From: Acidimicrobiaceae bacterium RAAP-2
Lineage (GTDB): Bacteria; Actinomycetota; Acidimicrobiia; Acidimicrobiales; RAAP-2
Reading direction: 5' to 3'
DNA length: 64,000 bases
Assembly (NCBI GenBank): GCA_001443545.1
Contig: LMAD01000002.1
Location: forward strand, 61,251 to 125,250
A program made the position numbers and the translations under genes. The stretch's first letter is position 1. Each line of letters begins with the position of its first letter. The notes under the pieces were generated by a model. It was not told where the DNA came from. It ran no database searches and saw nothing but the letters and a program-made list of their open reading frames with translations. Positions 55,192 through 64,000 of this stretch are shown here, piece by piece.

Positions 55192-56300
55192 ACGTCCCAT
55201 CGCGGCACCGGGGCAGACTTCGATGGGTGGTCGCACTGGTCGCACTGGTCGTCGTCGCGCTCGCCGTCACCGTTCTCGTCGCCTCGCGGTCATCCACCCC
55301 GACCACCCCGACCACCACGACCACCACGACCACCACGACGACCGAGGTGCCCTCCGCGACCATCGCCGCCGTTGGTGACACCGAACTGGGCAACACACCG
55401 TTACTCCCACCCGACCCGGCGGGGTATCTTGCGCCGCTGCGCCAGTACCTCGATGCGCCAATCGTCTTTGGGAACCTGGAGGGCACGATGACATCGGTGA
55501 AGCGCTCGAAGTGTCAGCCGCCGTCGCCGTACTGCTACGCGTTCAAAGTACCGGTCAGCTTCGCGCAGGACTACCGCGACGTCGGCTTCACCGTGCTCAA
55601 CAGCGCCAACAATCACGCCTACGACTACGGCGCACCCGGGGTGGCGTCGACCTCAAGCGCGCTGGCCGGTGCCGGCATCACCCAGGCCGGGCTACCGGGC
55701 CAGATCGGGCTCGTCCGCGATGGAGCGGTGCGCGTGGCGTTCGTCGACTTCGCGCCGTACTACAACACGAACAACATGCTCGATCTCTCCCAGGCCGCGA
55801 CGTTGATCGCGCGGGCCCATCGTGAGGCCCAGGTCGTCGTGGTCTACATGCACGCGGGTGCGGAGGGAGCTACCGCGGCGCACGTGACTCGAAAAGTCGA
55901 GACCTTCTACGGCGAGGATCGCGGCAACCCGTACCTCTTCGCCCACGCCGCCATCGACGACGGAGCCGACCTAGTCATCGCGAGTGGACCTCACGTGTTG
56001 CGCGGCCTCCAGTGGTACCGCGGCCACCTGATCGACTACAGCCTCGGAGATTTCGTCAACTACTACGACTTCGCGACCGAGGGTCCACTACGGTACTCTG
56101 CGGTGCTGCGCGTGACGCTGCGCGCGAACGGGACCTTCGTCGCCGGACGGTTCACGTCGTTCGTGCTGACCAGCGCCGGACTACCGCAGTTCGATCCATC
56201 GGGGGCCGCGGCCCGCTTCGTCAACCAGCTCTCGCGCAGCGACTTCGGGACGAGTGCGGCGATCGTCGGTCCGTCGGGAGCCATTACGCCACTCGGTTAG
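55185..56300 (+). CDS. CapA-family (PGA_cap metallophosphatase-like) membrane-anchored protein
   Basis: TM (WVVALVALVVVALAVTVLV), then a poly-Thr linker, then IAAVGDTELG, FGNLEGTMT, NSANNHAYDYG, HAGAEG. Confidence 0.8.
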   Translation: MVDVPSRHRGRLRWVVALVALVVVALAVTVLVASRSSTPTTPTTTTTTTTTTTEVPSATIAAVGDTELGNTPLLPPDPAGYLAPLRQYLDAPIVFGNLEGTMTSVKRSKCQPPSPYCYAFKVPVSFAQDYRDVGFTVLNSANNHAYDYGAPGVASTSSALAGAGITQAGLPGQIGLVRDGAVRVAFVDFAPYYNTNNMLDLSQAATLIARAHREAQVVVVYMHAGAEGATAAHVTRKVETFYGEDRGNPYLFAHAAIDDGADLVIASGPHVLRGLQWYRGHLIDYSLGDFVNYYDFATEGPLRYSAVLRVTLRANGTFVAGRFTSFVLTSAGLPQFDPSGAAARFVNQLSRSDFGTSAAIVGPSGAITPLG

Positions 56301-56893
56301 CAACCGCCCCCGCCGGGAACGCCCGCTCCGAGTGCCGGCGCGTCCACGGTTCCCACGTTCGCGGGTCGTGGATTGGGTCCCAGGTGCACGACGTACCAGA
56401 CGCCGCGCCACGAAATGAATGAGAAGACGCCAACGGATCGGATCGTGTTGCCCTGTCGATAGAGCAGGCGTACGCCGGGGAGGTGCCAGTAGCCGATGCG
56501 GTTCTCGCAGTCGCCGGGCGGTATCCAACTGATGTCGGCGAAGTTGATGCGATCGCCCACGAAGGCGCCGGCGTGGACGGTTGCGGCGCGGTAGGCGGCG
56601 AGGTCCAGCAGATAGAAGGCCCAGAGGCGGTATTGGAAGTCGGCCGCCGGATCGACGATCGCCTTGAGCTGGATGTAGGCCGAACGGGGGAAGAACAGGG
56701 CGCCGGCCTGCGCGACGTCGTTGGTGCGAATGGCGTGCCACAGTTCACGCACCCGCACCGTGAGCGCCTTGCCCGTCCAAGGGCGGGTGGTCTGTGGAAC
56801 GAGGTGACTCGCGCTGGAGGCGCTCGCGCCGATCGGTGCGTACGTGACGCTCAACGCGAGCAGAAGGGACGCGATTCGGTGGGTGCGGCGCAT
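56297..56893 (-). CDS. Exported hypothetical protein
   Basis: MRRTHRIASLLLALSVTYAPIGASA signal peptide. No family recognised. The gene is 1 nt downstream of the large membrane-protein gene. Confidence 0.6.
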   Translation of the reverse strand: MRRTHRIASLLLALSVTYAPIGASASSASHLVPQTTRPWTGKALTVRVRELWHAIRTNDVAQAGALFFPRSAYIQLKAIVDPAADFQYRLWAFYLLDLAAYRAATVHAGAFVGDRINFADISWIPPGDCENRIGYWHLPGVRLLYRQGNTIRSVGVFSFISWRGVWYVVHLGPNPRPANVGTVDAPALGAGVPGGGGC

Positions 56894-56894
56894 C

Positions 56895-59144
56895 TCAACG
56901 GCTCGCGGCGTGGGTCCCTCGACGGCGTCGTACACGCGGCCACAGGGGGACGAGGAACAGGGCCAGGATCCCCACGATGAAGCCGAGAGTCGCGGCCTCT
57001 TCGTGGGGTGGCAGGAACGCGTAGGTGACGTTCGACGTACCCGGGGGGAGTGTGATCGTCTGGTACACGCCGTCGGTGGTGGTCAGGGGGACGGACCGGC
57101 CGTTCACGAAGGCGTGCCAGCCCGGCATCATGAGTTCGCTGCGTACGAGGGTTCCCGGCGCCTTGCACGTGGCGGACGCTCGATCGACGGCCGTGCTCGA
57201 AACCGTGCAGTTCGAGTTCGGCGACGAGAAGAACGGCGTGGTCGACGGCAGTCGGTAAATGTCGGCGCGGAAGTCGGCGAAGACCAGTTTGATGCCGAGG
57301 TGCACCAAGGCGCGGCTCGGCGGCGCGACGGCGGGGAAGAGCAGGTACTGGACGTCCGCCGCCTGGTACGCGGCCAGATGGGTGACGAGTGCGTTCTCCT
57401 GTTCGATGATGCCGGTCATGCCGCCGGCCACCATGTACTGGCGTGGTGTGGCGATCCCGGGGTTCAGTTGGGTTGAGATGAGGTTCGCGAACGCCTCGGG
57501 GAAGGGGAGGTCGATGGCGTTAAGCGCGTTGAGTCCGTACTGGGAACCCCAGTTCGGGTAGAGCACGGCGAAGTCGAGGAACCGTGACTCGCCGAGGTGT
57601 TGTTGCAGGTAGGTGATTGGCGCCTGGTCGACGGTGACCACCTTGGGGGCTTCGGCCGTGGGAACGAAGAAGAAGACGAGCGCCTCGCCAGCCAGCACGA
57701 TCGCGAACAGGGTGGGGGCGACGCGGTACTTGGAGAAAAAACCGACGAGGAGGATTAATCCGATGGCGATGAATGGCAGGGCGTCGAGGCCCATGTAGAT
57801 GATGCGGGTTCGATGGGCGACGACGACGCCGGCGTTGGCCGGCGCCGCCCCTTCGGCCGACCAGACGGTCAGGAGCAGGCCGATCGTCGTCGTCGCGAAG
57901 AAGAGCCGTCGCGCCGCCCGGCTGGTGGCCAGATCGGTGATGGCGAGGCCGGCGAGCACGACCACGGCCAACTCGAGGCTCGGCATCATGTAACGCGACA
58001 CGGCGATCTGATTCACGTAGGGGATGAGGTTCCAGAGGGGACGGACATGGGCCACGTTGAACATGGCGAGAGTAGCCAGCAGGGTCCAAGCCGCGAGCGT
58101 AATTCGAAGGGGTCGAAGTCGAGGTCCGAAGAGGCCCAGAATCGCCAGGGTCGACGAACCGGCGAGGAGGTAGCCCCCGATGCTGCCCCAGGCGTAGACC
58201 GCGTTGTGGTTGCTCATGATCGTGCCGTAGACGTAGGGGTCGAGGAACATCGGGAGTGCCTGGTTCGGCAGGACGGCCGTTCCGTCGATGGACCCGACGT
58301 GGCTGCCGACGTTCGCCACCCGCAAGAAGTCGGCGAAGGCGACGACGACGGGCAGCGAAAGGAGGATTCCGACGCCGCCGCCGAGTGCGACTCGTCGCAG
58401 GGCGATCAAACGGCGTTCGCGCACGACGGAGAACAGCCGCACGATCGCCCACACGAGGGCGAGCAGTCCGTCGAGGAAGGCCGTCTCGGGGAATCCGGCG
58501 TACAGCGAGAGCGCGAGCGCCGCCGCGATGACGTACCAGCCCCCCCGCGCTCGATCGGCCACGCCGTCGTAGACCATCTCGACGCCCAAGATCAGCATCG
58601 GGAGGAAGGCCACCGGGTTGAGCGTCGCGTTCCCGAGCCAGGCGAAGGTCCCGTTCAAGGCGAAGACGACGCCGATGCCGGTCGCGACGGTGGCGGACAT
58701 GCCCAAGCGGCGCCCGAGGAAGTAGGTCGACGCACCGGCGATGATCTCGAGGACCACGTGGAACAGGTAGAGGCCGTTGGGTAGCGCGAAGAGCAGGGTC
58801 AGCGGGAAGAGGGAGGCACTCTGCATCTCGCCGGCGAGCGGTTGGCCGAGCCCTTCGTAGTAGTTCCACCACGGCAGGTGACCGTGCAGGAGGTCCATCG
58901 CCGAGAGGTGACCGAGCGGTTGGGTGATGAACCCGACGTTGGGGTCGATCATGGGTCGCCCGCAGGTGATCCGACAGAGCGAATGCGCGATGCCGCTCGT
59001 CCAGGCGATCGGGTTGTTGTTGGCGAGACCGAGGGTGTACATCGCGTTGCCGAGCAGCACGGCCGCAACGATGACGACCACCGGCCAAGCCCACGAGGGC
59101 AGGCGTCGATTGATCGCCACTACACGTTCACGCAGCGAAGTCAC
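56895..59144 (-). CDS. Large polytopic membrane protein (YfhO/GT-C-like, putative glycosyltransferase)
   Basis: 749 aa with more than 12 hydrophobic helices. The N-terminal loop reads DPNVGFITQPLGHLSAMDLLHGHLPWWNYYEGLGQPL, and a soluble region precedes a final TM. Function is inferred from the architecture only. Confidence 0.6.
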   Translation of the reverse strand: MTSLRERVVAINRRLPSWAWPVVVIVAAVLLGNAMYTLGLANNNPIAWTSGIAHSLCRITCGRPMIDPNVGFITQPLGHLSAMDLLHGHLPWWNYYEGLGQPLAGEMQSASLFPLTLLFALPNGLYLFHVVLEIIAGASTYFLGRRLGMSATVATGIGVVFALNGTFAWLGNATLNPVAFLPMLILGVEMVYDGVADRARGGWYVIAAALALSLYAGFPETAFLDGLLALVWAIVRLFSVVRERRLIALRRVALGGGVGILLSLPVVVAFADFLRVANVGSHVGSIDGTAVLPNQALPMFLDPYVYGTIMSNHNAVYAWGSIGGYLLAGSSTLAILGLFGPRLRPLRITLAAWTLLATLAMFNVAHVRPLWNLIPYVNQIAVSRYMMPSLELAVVVLAGLAITDLATSRAARRLFFATTTIGLLLTVWSAEGAAPANAGVVVAHRTRIIYMGLDALPFIAIGLILLVGFFSKYRVAPTLFAIVLAGEALVFFFVPTAEAPKVVTVDQAPITYLQQHLGESRFLDFAVLYPNWGSQYGLNALNAIDLPFPEAFANLISTQLNPGIATPRQYMVAGGMTGIIEQENALVTHLAAYQAADVQYLLFPAVAPPSRALVHLGIKLVFADFRADIYRLPSTTPFFSSPNSNCTVSSTAVDRASATCKAPGTLVRSELMMPGWHAFVNGRSVPLTTTDGVYQTITLPPGTSNVTYAFLPPHEEAATLGFIVGILALFLVPLWPRVRRRRGTHAASR

Positions 59145-59203
59145 GGAGCCAGGCTACAAGAGCGGCGCGCGCCAGTCCGGTTCCGTCGCCGAGCGCATCG
59201 AAG

Positions 59204-60916
59204 TCAGCGGAATCGGTAGTACATCGTTTCACCGAGCAGGAGCAGCGATTCGGGGAAGTAGGGGTCGGCAAACGTGCCGAAGATGTCCCAGCGTCGGATG
59301 AAACGATTGCGGTCCTCGAGGGGGTCGAGTGAACCCCTCGAGGAGCTGACGTGGTGGTAGAGCTGCACGTCGGGGGTGTAGACGACGTAGCGACCGCGGA
59401 CCTGACTTCGCAGACAGATATCGACGTCGTTCATGACCACCTTCAACTGCTCATCCATGCCGCCGAGCTCGTTCCACCACGAGCGCTCGACCATTTGGAC
59501 CGCTCCGGTGACGGCGGCGACGTCGCGAGTCGAATGGACGAAACTGTCGGCGTGCCAGTAGTTCGAGTCGGTTCGTAGGTGTTGGGGGTAGGGCGAGATG
59601 ACGATGCTCTCGTGTTCGCGTCGACCGTCTTGGTCGAGCAGGCAGGCGCCGACGAAACCGACGTCGGGCAGCGCCGCCAGGCCGACGAGTCGCTCTAACC
59701 AATCTGGCGTCACCACGATGGTGTCGTTGTTGAGGGTGACGACGTAGTCCGCGCTCGAGTGGGCCACGCCACGGTTCACGATGTGGGCGTAGTTGAAGGG
59801 GCCCGGGCAGGGCACGACGAGGTAGGGGGATTCGCGGAAGTACGCGAGTGCTTCGGGGTCCACGGAGTCGTTGTCGAGGATGATGATGTTGTAATTCGGG
59901 TACGTCGTCTTCTCCTTGATCGCGTCGATGCATTGACGCATCAGGTCGACGCGATCGCGAGTTGGGATCACGATGTCGATTGACGGGGCCGGCGACGGGA
60001 CGGCGACGCGCCACTTGATGAGCCCGGCGAACTCACCGACTTCGACGGTGGCGGGCCAATTGCGCCGGGTGAGCGCCGCCCGAACGATGCGGGCGGTGTC
60101 GGCGTCGATGTGTGAGCGTTCGAACGACGTCGTTCGTCGGCCACCAAGCAGTAGTTCGGCGACGTGGTGAAAGTTGGCGTCGATCTCGCTGAGGCGAAGA
60201 TAGAGGTCGTGTTCGTAGGCCCAACCGGCGTCCGGTGAGAAGCCGCCGACCCGTCGGATCGCGTCGAGTCGGATCAGGGCCGGGCGTCCCACCACGTTGT
60301 AGCTGAGCAGCGTGTGCGGTCCGACCGCGGGACTCTTCAACGTCGGGGCGTGGGGCGTTGGCCCGTACTCGTCGGCGAAGACGACGTCATCGTCCCCTTG
60401 GGCGTGGGTGCGCAAAACCTCGCGCGCCAGCGTTGCGTCGCCCGGCGGGTCGGCGACGTCGGCGATCAAGAGCCACGTCGCCGTCGATGATTCCACTGCC
60501 TCGTTCAACGCGCGAATGAGTACGTCGGCGTCGGGGGTGCTTTCGTCGACGCGAACCACGACGACGTCAGTGGCGGCGATGCCTTCGGTCGACCGTTCGG
60601 GCTGGTCGAGCAGGTGGGGTCGGTAGTTGATTGGGAAGAACACCTCGTCGGGCGCTTCAACGACGAGTTTGGTGGTGGGCTCGGGCTTGGTCGTGCCGCG
60701 CACGGCGCGGATCAACTTCAGAATCGGCCGACCGAAGAATCGCGCGACGTGGTAGCGCGCGGTGTCTTCACCGAGCATGCGACCAATGGTGCGTCGGAGG
60801 CGATTTCCCGACACCATGTGAATGTTCCCGTGGAACTGGGCCCACCGACGTCGCAACTCGTCGTCGGTGATCACCGGTTTCGCCTCATCTACGTCAAATT
60901 GACGGATCTCGAACAT
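59204..60916 (-). CDS. GT2 glycosyltransferase with an N-terminal extension of about 300 aa
   Basis: SIDIVIPTRDRVDLMRQCIDAI, ILDNDS, NYAHIVNRG, LNNDT, MNDVDICLR. Confidence 0.85.
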   Translation of the reverse strand: MFEIRQFDVDEAKPVITDDELRRRWAQFHGNIHMVSGNRLRRTIGRMLGEDTARYHVARFFGRPILKLIRAVRGTTKPEPTTKLVVEAPDEVFFPINYRPHLLDQPERSTEGIAATDVVVVRVDESTPDADVLIRALNEAVESSTATWLLIADVADPPGDATLAREVLRTHAQGDDDVVFADEYGPTPHAPTLKSPAVGPHTLLSYNVVGRPALIRLDAIRRVGGFSPDAGWAYEHDLYLRLSEIDANFHHVAELLLGGRRTTSFERSHIDADTARIVRAALTRRNWPATVEVGEFAGLIKWRVAVPSPAPSIDIVIPTRDRVDLMRQCIDAIKEKTTYPNYNIIILDNDSVDPEALAYFRESPYLVVPCPGPFNYAHIVNRGVAHSSADYVVTLNNDTIVVTPDWLERLVGLAALPDVGFVGACLLDQDGRREHESIVISPYPQHLRTDSNYWHADSFVHSTRDVAAVTGAVQMVERSWWNELGGMDEQLKVVMNDVDICLRSQVRGRYVVYTPDVQLYHHVSSSRGSLDPLEDRNRFIRRWDIFGTFADPYFPESLLLLGETMYYRFR

Positions 60917-61041
60917 CAGCCATCCTCAGAAACACTCACGCCCCGCGCAAAACCATCGCCCACGCTATCGGAGTGCGAGCGAGGCACCGAGAGGCTGAGA
61001 AAGGGCTCGGGTAGTCGGACCGTGGGCGAGCGCAATTCGTG

Positions 61042-61070
61042 TTACTTTGCGCAATCCGATTATTTATACA
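61042..61070 (+). promoter_or_regulatory. Candidate sigma-70-type promoter of the permease gene (TTACTT-17 nt-TATACA)
   Basis: It lies in an AT-rich 190-nt intergenic region. The hexamers were read directly, with GCGCAAT repeated at 61030-61036 and 61049-61055. GAGG SD lies before GTG 61109. Confidence 0.3.
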
Positions 61071-61108
61071 CGAAGGTGATACTCACCGTAGAAAGAATTG
61101 AGGTCGTT

Positions 61109-62551
61109 GTGTCAGGCACCAGCCGTTCGTCGGCTCCCCACGAGCATCAACTACGCGCCGGTGCGCTCAGTCTCTTCGATTCGGTGATCATGGCGGTGGC
61201 CGGCGTGGCGCCGGGCTACTCAATCGCCGCGTCGACGGCCGCGCTGTTCGGTGTCGTCGCCCTCGGCGGTGCGGCTGCGCTGCTCTACTGCGGGATCGCA
61301 ATGTTCGGCATCGTCTTCGCCTTCAACTACCTCGGCCGTGACGAGACCAACGCCGGCGCGAGTTACTCCTGGGTCCGTCGAGCCCTGCACCCGGCGCTGG
61401 GGTACCTCTCTGGATGGGCCCTGGTGGTGTCGGCGCTGATCTTCATGGTGGCCGCGACGGTCCCCGCGGGGGCCAACATCCTGGGGCTCTTCTCGAGTTC
61501 GGCGACCAGTAGTGTCGGCGCGGTCACGCTCGTCGGTTCCATCTTCTTCTTGCTCATGGTCGGTGCGGTCGCTGCCGGCGTGACCATCACGGTCACCGTC
61601 CAGGTGATCATGTCGTCGATCGAGATCGTTATTCTGCTGTTGTTCATGGTCTTGGCCATCGTGCACGGGCACCACGTCAACACGTTTTCGTGGCACTGGT
61701 TCTCGCCTTCGATTTTCCACGGGTCGAGCGGATTCTTTGGTGGAGCGCTCATTGCCGCCTTCTACTACTGGGGCTGGGACGTCACGGCCAACCTCAACGA
61801 GGAGACCAAGGGGGCCAAGCGTACGCCCGGGATCGGTGGCATCATCGGCGTCGTCTTCGTCTTTTTGCTCTTCGAGGTGTTCACCGTTGCCACCAACCTG
61901 GTCTTGACGGCTAGTCAGATCCAAAACAACCCCGCCGATGTTCTTTCGGTGCTGGGACAGGCGGTCTGGCACGGCACCGGCGGCAAGATCATCGTGATCG
62001 CGGTAGTCCTTTCGACGGTGGCGACGTTGGAGACGACTTTGATCCAGGTGACGCGGACGCTGTTCGCAATGGGTCGCGACAACACGTTGCCGAAGATCCT
62101 GGGGACGGTGAACAAGCATCGTCAGACTCCGATCGTCGCCACCGTGATCGTCACCGTGCTGTCGCTCGGCCTCTTCGTCGGTTCACAGTTCGTTGGTTCA
62201 ATCGGATCAATCCTGTCCGACGCCATTAGCGCGATCGGTCTGCAGATCGCGATCTACTACAGCCTGGCGGGGTTTGCCGTCGTCGTTCTCTACCGACGGC
62301 AACTATTGAAGTCGGCCACGAACTTCGTCTTCATGGGTCTGTGGCCGTTCGTCGGCGCCGTATTCATGGTGGTGATGTTCATCAAGACGATCCCGACGCT
62401 CAACGCCACCACGTTGTGGGTGGGACTGGGCGCGATGGCGTTAGGTCTGATTCCGATGGCGTTCTATTGGACGAAGGGGAACCCCTACTTCGATTTGCCG
62501 ACGAAGGAGGACCGCCACGCGGTGCTCCAGGAGTTCGAAGTCCTGCTTTAG
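61109..62551 (+). CDS. APC-superfamily amino acid/polyamine permease
   Basis: About 12 TM helices. It has LFDSVIMAVAGVAPGYSIA, FYYWGWDVTANLNEE and PKILGTVNKHRQTP. The 5' 165 codons of tracked ORF 60614..62551 are antisense to the GT2 gene and are rejected. Confidence 0.85.
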   Translation: MSGTSRSSAPHEHQLRAGALSLFDSVIMAVAGVAPGYSIAASTAALFGVVALGGAAALLYCGIAMFGIVFAFNYLGRDETNAGASYSWVRRALHPALGYLSGWALVVSALIFMVAATVPAGANILGLFSSSATSSVGAVTLVGSIFFLLMVGAVAAGVTITVTVQVIMSSIEIVILLLFMVLAIVHGHHVNTFSWHWFSPSIFHGSSGFFGGALIAAFYYWGWDVTANLNEETKGAKRTPGIGGIIGVVFVFLLFEVFTVATNLVLTASQIQNNPADVLSVLGQAVWHGTGGKIIVIAVVLSTVATLETTLIQVTRTLFAMGRDNTLPKILGTVNKHRQTPIVATVIVTVLSLGLFVGSQFVGSIGSILSDAISAIGLQIAIYYSLAGFAVVVLYRRQLLKSATNFVFMGLWPFVGAVFMVVMFIKTIPTLNATTLWVGLGAMALGLIPMAFYWTKGNPYFDLPTKEDRHAVLQEFEVLL

Positions 62552-62561
62552 GGCGGCGCCG

Positions 62562-63110
62562 TCAGTTGAGTGGTTTGCGCATCTGCAGCGACGTGACGTC
62601 GTAGCCGCTGCTCTCGTACAGTCGGCGCGCCACCCGATTGGGGCCAAAGACGTTGAGGGCCACGGCGGTTGCGCCGAGTCGTCGCGCTTCGTCTTCGGCC
62701 ACGGCGAGGAGCCGCCGACCGAAGCCACGACCTCGATAGTCGGGCCGAATCTCGATGGCGTAGATCCACGCTGCGTCCGCGGAGGCGTCGGTCGGCTCGG
62801 TCGCGAGCCAGAGGTAGCCGATCGATACGTTCATCGCGGTTCGCGCGACGTACCAGTGCATGCCCGGAGTGTCGAACCCGTGGGGTAGTAGTTGTCGGTG
62901 CTGGGCGTTGGCCAGTGCGTCGGCGTCAGTTGGGCTCCAGTTGCCGACGCGGATCTGCTCGGCGACGTAGTCCGCCATGACTTCGGGGAGGTGGGACTCG
63001 AACTCCTTCTCGGTCATGGGCTCGAGGTGAAGATCATCCACCGGGCGACTGTAACAGTCGATTTCTGGTGGTTGCTGTCCTTGCGGGGCGTCAGATAACC
63101 AAAAGTTCAT
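62562..63110 (-). CDS. GNAT-family N-acetyltransferase
   Basis: IYAIEIRPDYRGRGFGRRLLAVAEDEARRLGA, LNVFGPNRVARRLYESSGY. Confidence 0.85.
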   Translation of the reverse strand: MNFWLSDAPQGQQPPEIDCYSRPVDDLHLEPMTEKEFESHLPEVMADYVAEQIRVGNWSPTDADALANAQHRQLLPHGFDTPGMHWYVARTAMNVSIGYLWLATEPTDASADAAWIYAIEIRPDYRGRGFGRRLLAVAEDEARRLGATAVALNVFGPNRVARRLYESSGYDVTSLQMRKPLN

Positions 63111-63199
63111 TTTTCGTTCAGCCCGAGGTTACGGAGAGGACACCGAATCGTCACGTGACGGGAGAACACTCGGACTTGGAGCGAAATCGGAAGGTTGCT

Positions 63200-64000
63200 G
63201 TGAACGTTTCAGACTCTGGCGTAGGCAAGGTCGACGCGCCCGACTCCTCCACGGCGACGATTGCCCGAACGGTTGGGCAGATACTGGACGATGCCCCGAC
63301 GAGCCGATTCCATCATCGGGCGGTCTTGATCTCGGGTATGGGTTTTTTTACTGACGCGTATGACCTGTTCGTGATCGGAACGGTGGCGGCCCTCGTCCAG
63401 ACGCAGTGGTCGTTGTCGACGACCGAGACGAGCTGGGTAACCGGATCGGCCGTCCTCGGCGCGTTCCTCGGCGCGATGGTCTTCGGTCGGATCGCGGACA
63501 AGGTGGGGCGCAAGTCCGTCTACACCGCCGTCGCCGTGATCATGGTGATCGGCGCCATCGTGTCGTCCCTGGCGCCCAACGTCATCGTGTTGGTCCTCGC
63601 ACGATTCGTGCTCGGTCTCGGAATCGGTGGCGACTATCCCGTGTCGGCCGTGCTGATGAGTGAGTACGCCAATCGCGCCGATCGGGGCCGGCTCGTGGGC
63701 CTGGTCTTCTCGATGCAGGCGGTGGGACTGATCGTTGGACCACTGGTGGGATTGGCGTTGCAGTCGTCGGGACTCTCGGAGAATCTGACGTGGCGACTGC
63801 TGCTCGGCCTGGGTTCGATTCCTGCGGCCGCCGTCATCTACCTCCGCGCGCGGATGCCCGAATCGCCGCGCTTCCAGGCCCACGTCCGGCGCGAGAGCGA
63901 GCGTGCGGCGGCGGAGCTACACCAGTTCGCCCATGGTGCGGTCGACGCGACCGCGGTGGTGGCGAACACCACGACGCTCATGAGTCCTCGGCAGTTCTTC
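63200..64000 (+). CDS. MFS transporter, inorganic phosphate/H+ symporter-like (5' part; continues beyond the window)
   Basis: Hand translation from GTG 63200 (GGAAGG SD) gives ...GMGFFTDAYDLFVIG...FGRIADKVGRK...LGLGIGGDYPVSAVLMSEYA...MPESPRF. The frame stays open to base 64000. Not in the ORF track. Confidence 0.8.
   Translation, partial: MNVSDSGVGKVDAPDSSTATIARTVGQILDDAPTSRFHHRAVLISGMGFFTDAYDLFVIGTVAALVQTQWSLSTTETSWVTGSAVLGAFLGAMVFGRIADKVGRKSVYTAVAVIMVIGAIVSSLAPNVIVLVLARFVLGLGIGGDYPVSAVLMSEYANRADRGRLVGLVFSMQAVGLIVGPLVGLALQSSGLSENLTWRLLLGLGSIPAAAVIYLRARMPESPRFQAHVRRESERAAAELHQFAHGAVDATAVVANTTTLMSPRQFF

Noticed and set aside
55295-55345. Tandem ACC/ACG-rich DNA repeats (also near 5845-5935 and 31225-31320)
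   Set aside because: They are in frame inside CDSs and encode poly-Thr linkers. They are not CRISPR repeats, satellites or mobile-element ends.
57520-59094. 524-aa ORF on the minus strand, in a different frame from the 749-aa membrane-protein gene
   Set aside because: The product is Arg/Pro/Gly-rich low-complexity sequence with no motifs. The co-located frame 56895..59144 encodes a coherent polytopic membrane protein. This is a typical high-GC shadow ORF.
63209-63883. 224-aa minus-strand ORF at the right end of the window
   Set aside because: It is antisense to a clear MFS phosphate-transporter reading frame (GTG 63200 onward, with an SD). The product is Arg/His/Asp-rich with no recognisable fold.

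Overview
High-GC, almost fully coding chromosomal segment of actinobacterial type. I saw no rRNA operon, CRISPR array, IS element or transposase, or prophage-like content. Gene order reproduces two neighbourhoods I know from Mycobacterium tuberculosis. The first is rsmI-metG-tatD-(rpfB position)-rsmA-ispE ... glmU-prs-rplY-pth-mfd-mazG-eno-ftsB-like-DUF501-ppx. The second is manC-cofE-cofD ... pmm-Trm112-like. Two very short Actinobacteria-type ribosomal protein genes (bS22 and a bL37-like ORF) are missing from the ORF track because they are under 60 aa. Inserted between the housekeeping blocks are four accessory units. (i) A translationally coupled five-gene minus-strand operon: Thr/Pro-rich mini-protein, ApbE, a NOX-like bis-heme membrane protein, a NuoF-like protein and a ferredoxin, just downstream of a histidine kinase/response regulator pair. 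(ii) A cell-envelope glycan cluster: three GT4 genes, an SDR, a GT2-polytopic membrane fusion and an exported protein. It comes with two further very large polytopic membrane proteins and another GT2. (iii) F420-related genes (single-domain CofE, CofD, an LLM-class oxidoreductase) and an archaeal-type riboflavin synthase. (iv) Two tRNA genes. One of them hand-folds as a class-I cloverleaf with anticodon UAA (nominally Leu), which is not what a bacterial tRNA-Leu should look like. The items I would look at first are the ApbE/NOX-like/NuoF-like operon with its odd first gene, the atypical tRNA, the PASTA-DPBB protein in the rpfB slot, the truncated GlmU and the archaeal-type riboflavin synthase. 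All family assignments come from motif recognition by eye, and start codons are often inferred from 4-nt start/stop overlaps. None of this has been checked by a database search.
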